Assembly: GCA_001771135.1 (NCBI GenBank)
Contig: MESW01000002.1
Coordinates: 69,315-133,314 of the forward strand
Source of the DNA: a candidate division CPR3 bacterium GWF2_35_18
Lineage (GTDB): Bacteria > Patescibacteriota > CPR3 > GWF2-35-18
Direction of reading: 5' to 3'
DNA: 64,000 nucleotides
The notes beneath the pieces are model-generated. The model was not told where the DNA came from. It was given only the letters and a program-made list of their open reading frames with translations, and did not search any database. Of this stretch, positions 61,942-64,000 are shown piece by piece (position 1 is the stretch's first letter; every line of letters begins with the position of its first letter). Both the position numbers and the translations under genes were made by a program.

Positions 61942-63999
61942 CTAGTTATTATTAGCGGAGTCTGAAGATTCAGTTGTTTCTTCAGGAAGTAATTTTTTCA
62001 GTTCTTCTAATTCATTATTAGCTTTTTGATAGTCTGTATTATCTGTAGGTAAAAGATTTACAACTTGTTGCATAGCTGTAACAGCCAGTTCCGGTTGATT
62101 ATTTTCTCTATATGCAGCAGATAAGTTGTAATAAGCATTTACATAATCATTTTTTAATAAAGCCGCATTTTGAAAATTTAAGATCGCTTGGGTATAATTT
62201 TTCTGTTGAAAATAAACACCTCCAAGATCTAACCTTAAACGAGAATTATTTGGGTCTAAAGTAATTGCCGTATTATAAGCTCCAATTGTCCAGCTCTCAG
62301 CATCTTCTGCAATTCCAATAAGCTCACGGTAAACTTTTGCTCTTAATTCCCAATTGAATGAGTTTTGAGGAATTAAGTTTTCAGTCACAATTCGGATCTC
62401 TCTGACAGATTGTTGGAGTAACTGCTGAATGTTATTTTTATCTTGATCAGTAAGTTCATTACCATTATTTGCAATAGATCCAGCTAAAAGTAGCGATGTT
62501 TGAGCGTAGGTATTTCGATAAAGATCACTATAAGGATTATATAATATGGCTTTTTGGAGGTTATCATATGTTTTCATCGCTTCGTTATTATTTATTGCAT
62601 CTAAAGCGTTTTTATAGCTGATTTCAGCAATTAAAAATCGAGTTAGGTAATAGCCTGTGAATATCGATAGGATAATACTAAAGACCAAAAAAATCCAAGG
62701 AAGAGCTTCTGTTTTTAATTTTGCTTCTATTACTGGAGATTTTGTCTGGAAAAAACCACCTTTTTTGAGGACAACTTTTTCATTAATAATACCTCCAAAA
62801 GAAACTACTCCTTCTTTAAAAATACTTAAGCTTAAAATAACCTCTTCACTCATATGAATTTCTTCTAGGGAAACGGTAGTTATTGCTAAAATTAAGATAA
62901 ATATAAAAGCAGTTATCGTAGTAGAAAAAGTTAGCGCAAAAACTATAAAAAATATAATTAATGTTAGCAATAAAGGTAGAGCAAATACTGAACCAGAATT
63001 TTCTTGTTTAAATCTGAATGCTTTAAGAAAGGTAATGATTCCTTTAAAGGCTAAGAATATAAAGGCTAGAAGACCTAGTAATCCTACTTCGGAGAGGATT
63101 AAGAAATATTCATTTACAGGTTTGTTGAAATGGGAATCCCAGAAAATTGTACTATTTAAATATTGAGGGCGGAAACTATTATAATCGAAAAGAAAAGTTG
63201 AAGGACCAGATCCCAAGAGAGGAACATTTTGGAATGTATCCATGGCGATATTCCAAGAAGCTTTTAACTCCAGAAAATTTTCTTTAGGATAGTCAATTTT
63301 AGTGATTTTTGATGCCAATATTGATGTTAAGGGTGAAGTCAGAAAAAACGTTAGAGAAAGAATGATTACAAAGAAAGAATAGATAAAAGCATTTAAAAAG
63401 ATTTTATTTTCTTGTATTTGTGGCTTAGTGTTAGGTATTTTGGCATCAGTTTTAAGTTTTTTATTTAGATTAATCTTATTAATGTTTTGAAAGAACAATC
63501 CGGTACAAAGAATTAAAGTAGTGATAATTAATATAGTTAAATTGGTAGGAGATCCGACAGGATTGAAGGGGAGGTTTCCCATAAATGTCATTTTGATTAC
63601 TGAGAAATAGGTAAGCAAGTTAATTATTGATAAGATGAAAACTGAAGAAGATAATGATAAAACTACATTTTTGATTTCCTTAATCCCACTTATATTACTA
63701 GAAACAATGTAATACAAAATTACTAAGGAAATTAATTCAACAAGATTCCAGTGAAAAACTCCCGGAAGCCCCATAAAACTGACTAGACGATTTTGAGAAA
63801 ATATTGTTGCCGAGATAAAGGTTAGAATTATTAGCAGTAAAGGAAGGTCAAAAGGGGATTTACGGATTGATAATTTTTTATCAAAAACCATTTTTAAACC
63901 CCAAAGAAAAAGTAAAATTAGAATAGCAGTTATAATTAGGAATTGCTTGTTGAACTCAAATACATTGTTAGTTAAAGGTAAAAAGTAGAGTGGTAATGC
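61942..63999 (-). CDS. O-antigen ligase-like membrane protein with C-terminal TPR (5' end beyond the window)
   Basis: PLLGSGPSTF, SEVGLLG, TPR tail; the frame stays open upstream of 63891 to the window edge (ALPLYFLPLTNNVFEFNKQ). Confidence 0.82.
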   Translation of the reverse strand, partial: ALPLYFLPLTNNVFEFNKQFLIITAILILLFLWGLKMVFDKKLSIRKSPFDLPLLLIILTFISATIFSQNRLVSFMGLPGVFHWNLVELISLVILYYIVSSNISGIKEIKNVVLSLSSSVFILSIINLLTYFSVIKMTFMGNLPFNPVGSPTNLTILIITTLILCTGLFFQNINKINLNKKLKTDAKIPNTKPQIQENKIFLNAFIYSFFVIILSLTFFLTSPLTSILASKITKIDYPKENFLELKASWNIAMDTFQNVPLLGSGPSTFLFDYNSFRPQYLNSTIFWDSHFNKPVNEYFLILSEVGLLGLLAFIFLAFKGIITFLKAFRFKQENSGSVFALPLLLTLIIFFIVFALTFSTTITAFIFILILAITTVSLEEIHMSEEVILSLSIFKEGVVSFGGIINEKVVLKKGGFFQTKSPVIEAKLKTEALPWIFLVFSIILSIFTGYYLTRFLIAEISYKNALDAINNNEAMKTYDNLQKAILYNPYSDLYRNTYAQTSLLLAGSIANNGNELTDQDKNNIQQLLQQSVREIRIVTENLIPQNSFNWELRAKVYRELIGIAEDAESWTIGAYNTAITLDPNNSRLRLDLGGVYFQQKNYTQAILNFQNAALLKNDYVNAYYNLSAAYRENNQPELAVTAMQQVVNLLPTDNTDYQKANNELEELKKLLPEETTESSDSANNN

Positions 64000-64000
64000 G

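Overview
A 64-kb, AT-rich chromosomal segment (standard code 11) from a Patescibacteria/CPR bacterium, probably Microgenomates/WWE3/CPR3-like. That placement is inferred from 16S signatures, split polA, an ATP-dependent ligase and a sortase; it is not a database result. The window holds a surface-polysaccharide locus (GT4s, radical SAM, ferredoxin, BY-kinase/phosphatase) and a sortase. Next come a tRNA-Ile(UAU) locus, a 1193-aa NHL/LPNTG surface protein and a variant Xer-type recombinase. The middle has ftsB, two tRNA-Met genes, ftsH, a DNA repair cluster (split polA, mutM, recF, Fic, ATP ligase, EndoQ) and a redox cluster. The rRNA genes are unlinked: 16S, tRNA-Cys/Ile, about 3.4 kb of protein genes, then tRNA-Ala-23S-5S. 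The remainder is housekeeping: rpsA, radA, recR, cysS, cca, rpsF-ssb-rpsR, ctpA, rho. Most striking is a complete tRNA-Ile(UAU) gene nested in the anticodon loop of a second, split tRNA-Ile(UAU) gene; each has its own complementary flanks. Also notable: clamp-binding-like tails on the free PolI 5' nuclease and EndoQ, a Cys-depleted SPASM domain, a promoter-hairpin micro-transcript before rho, and dispersed heptamer repeats.
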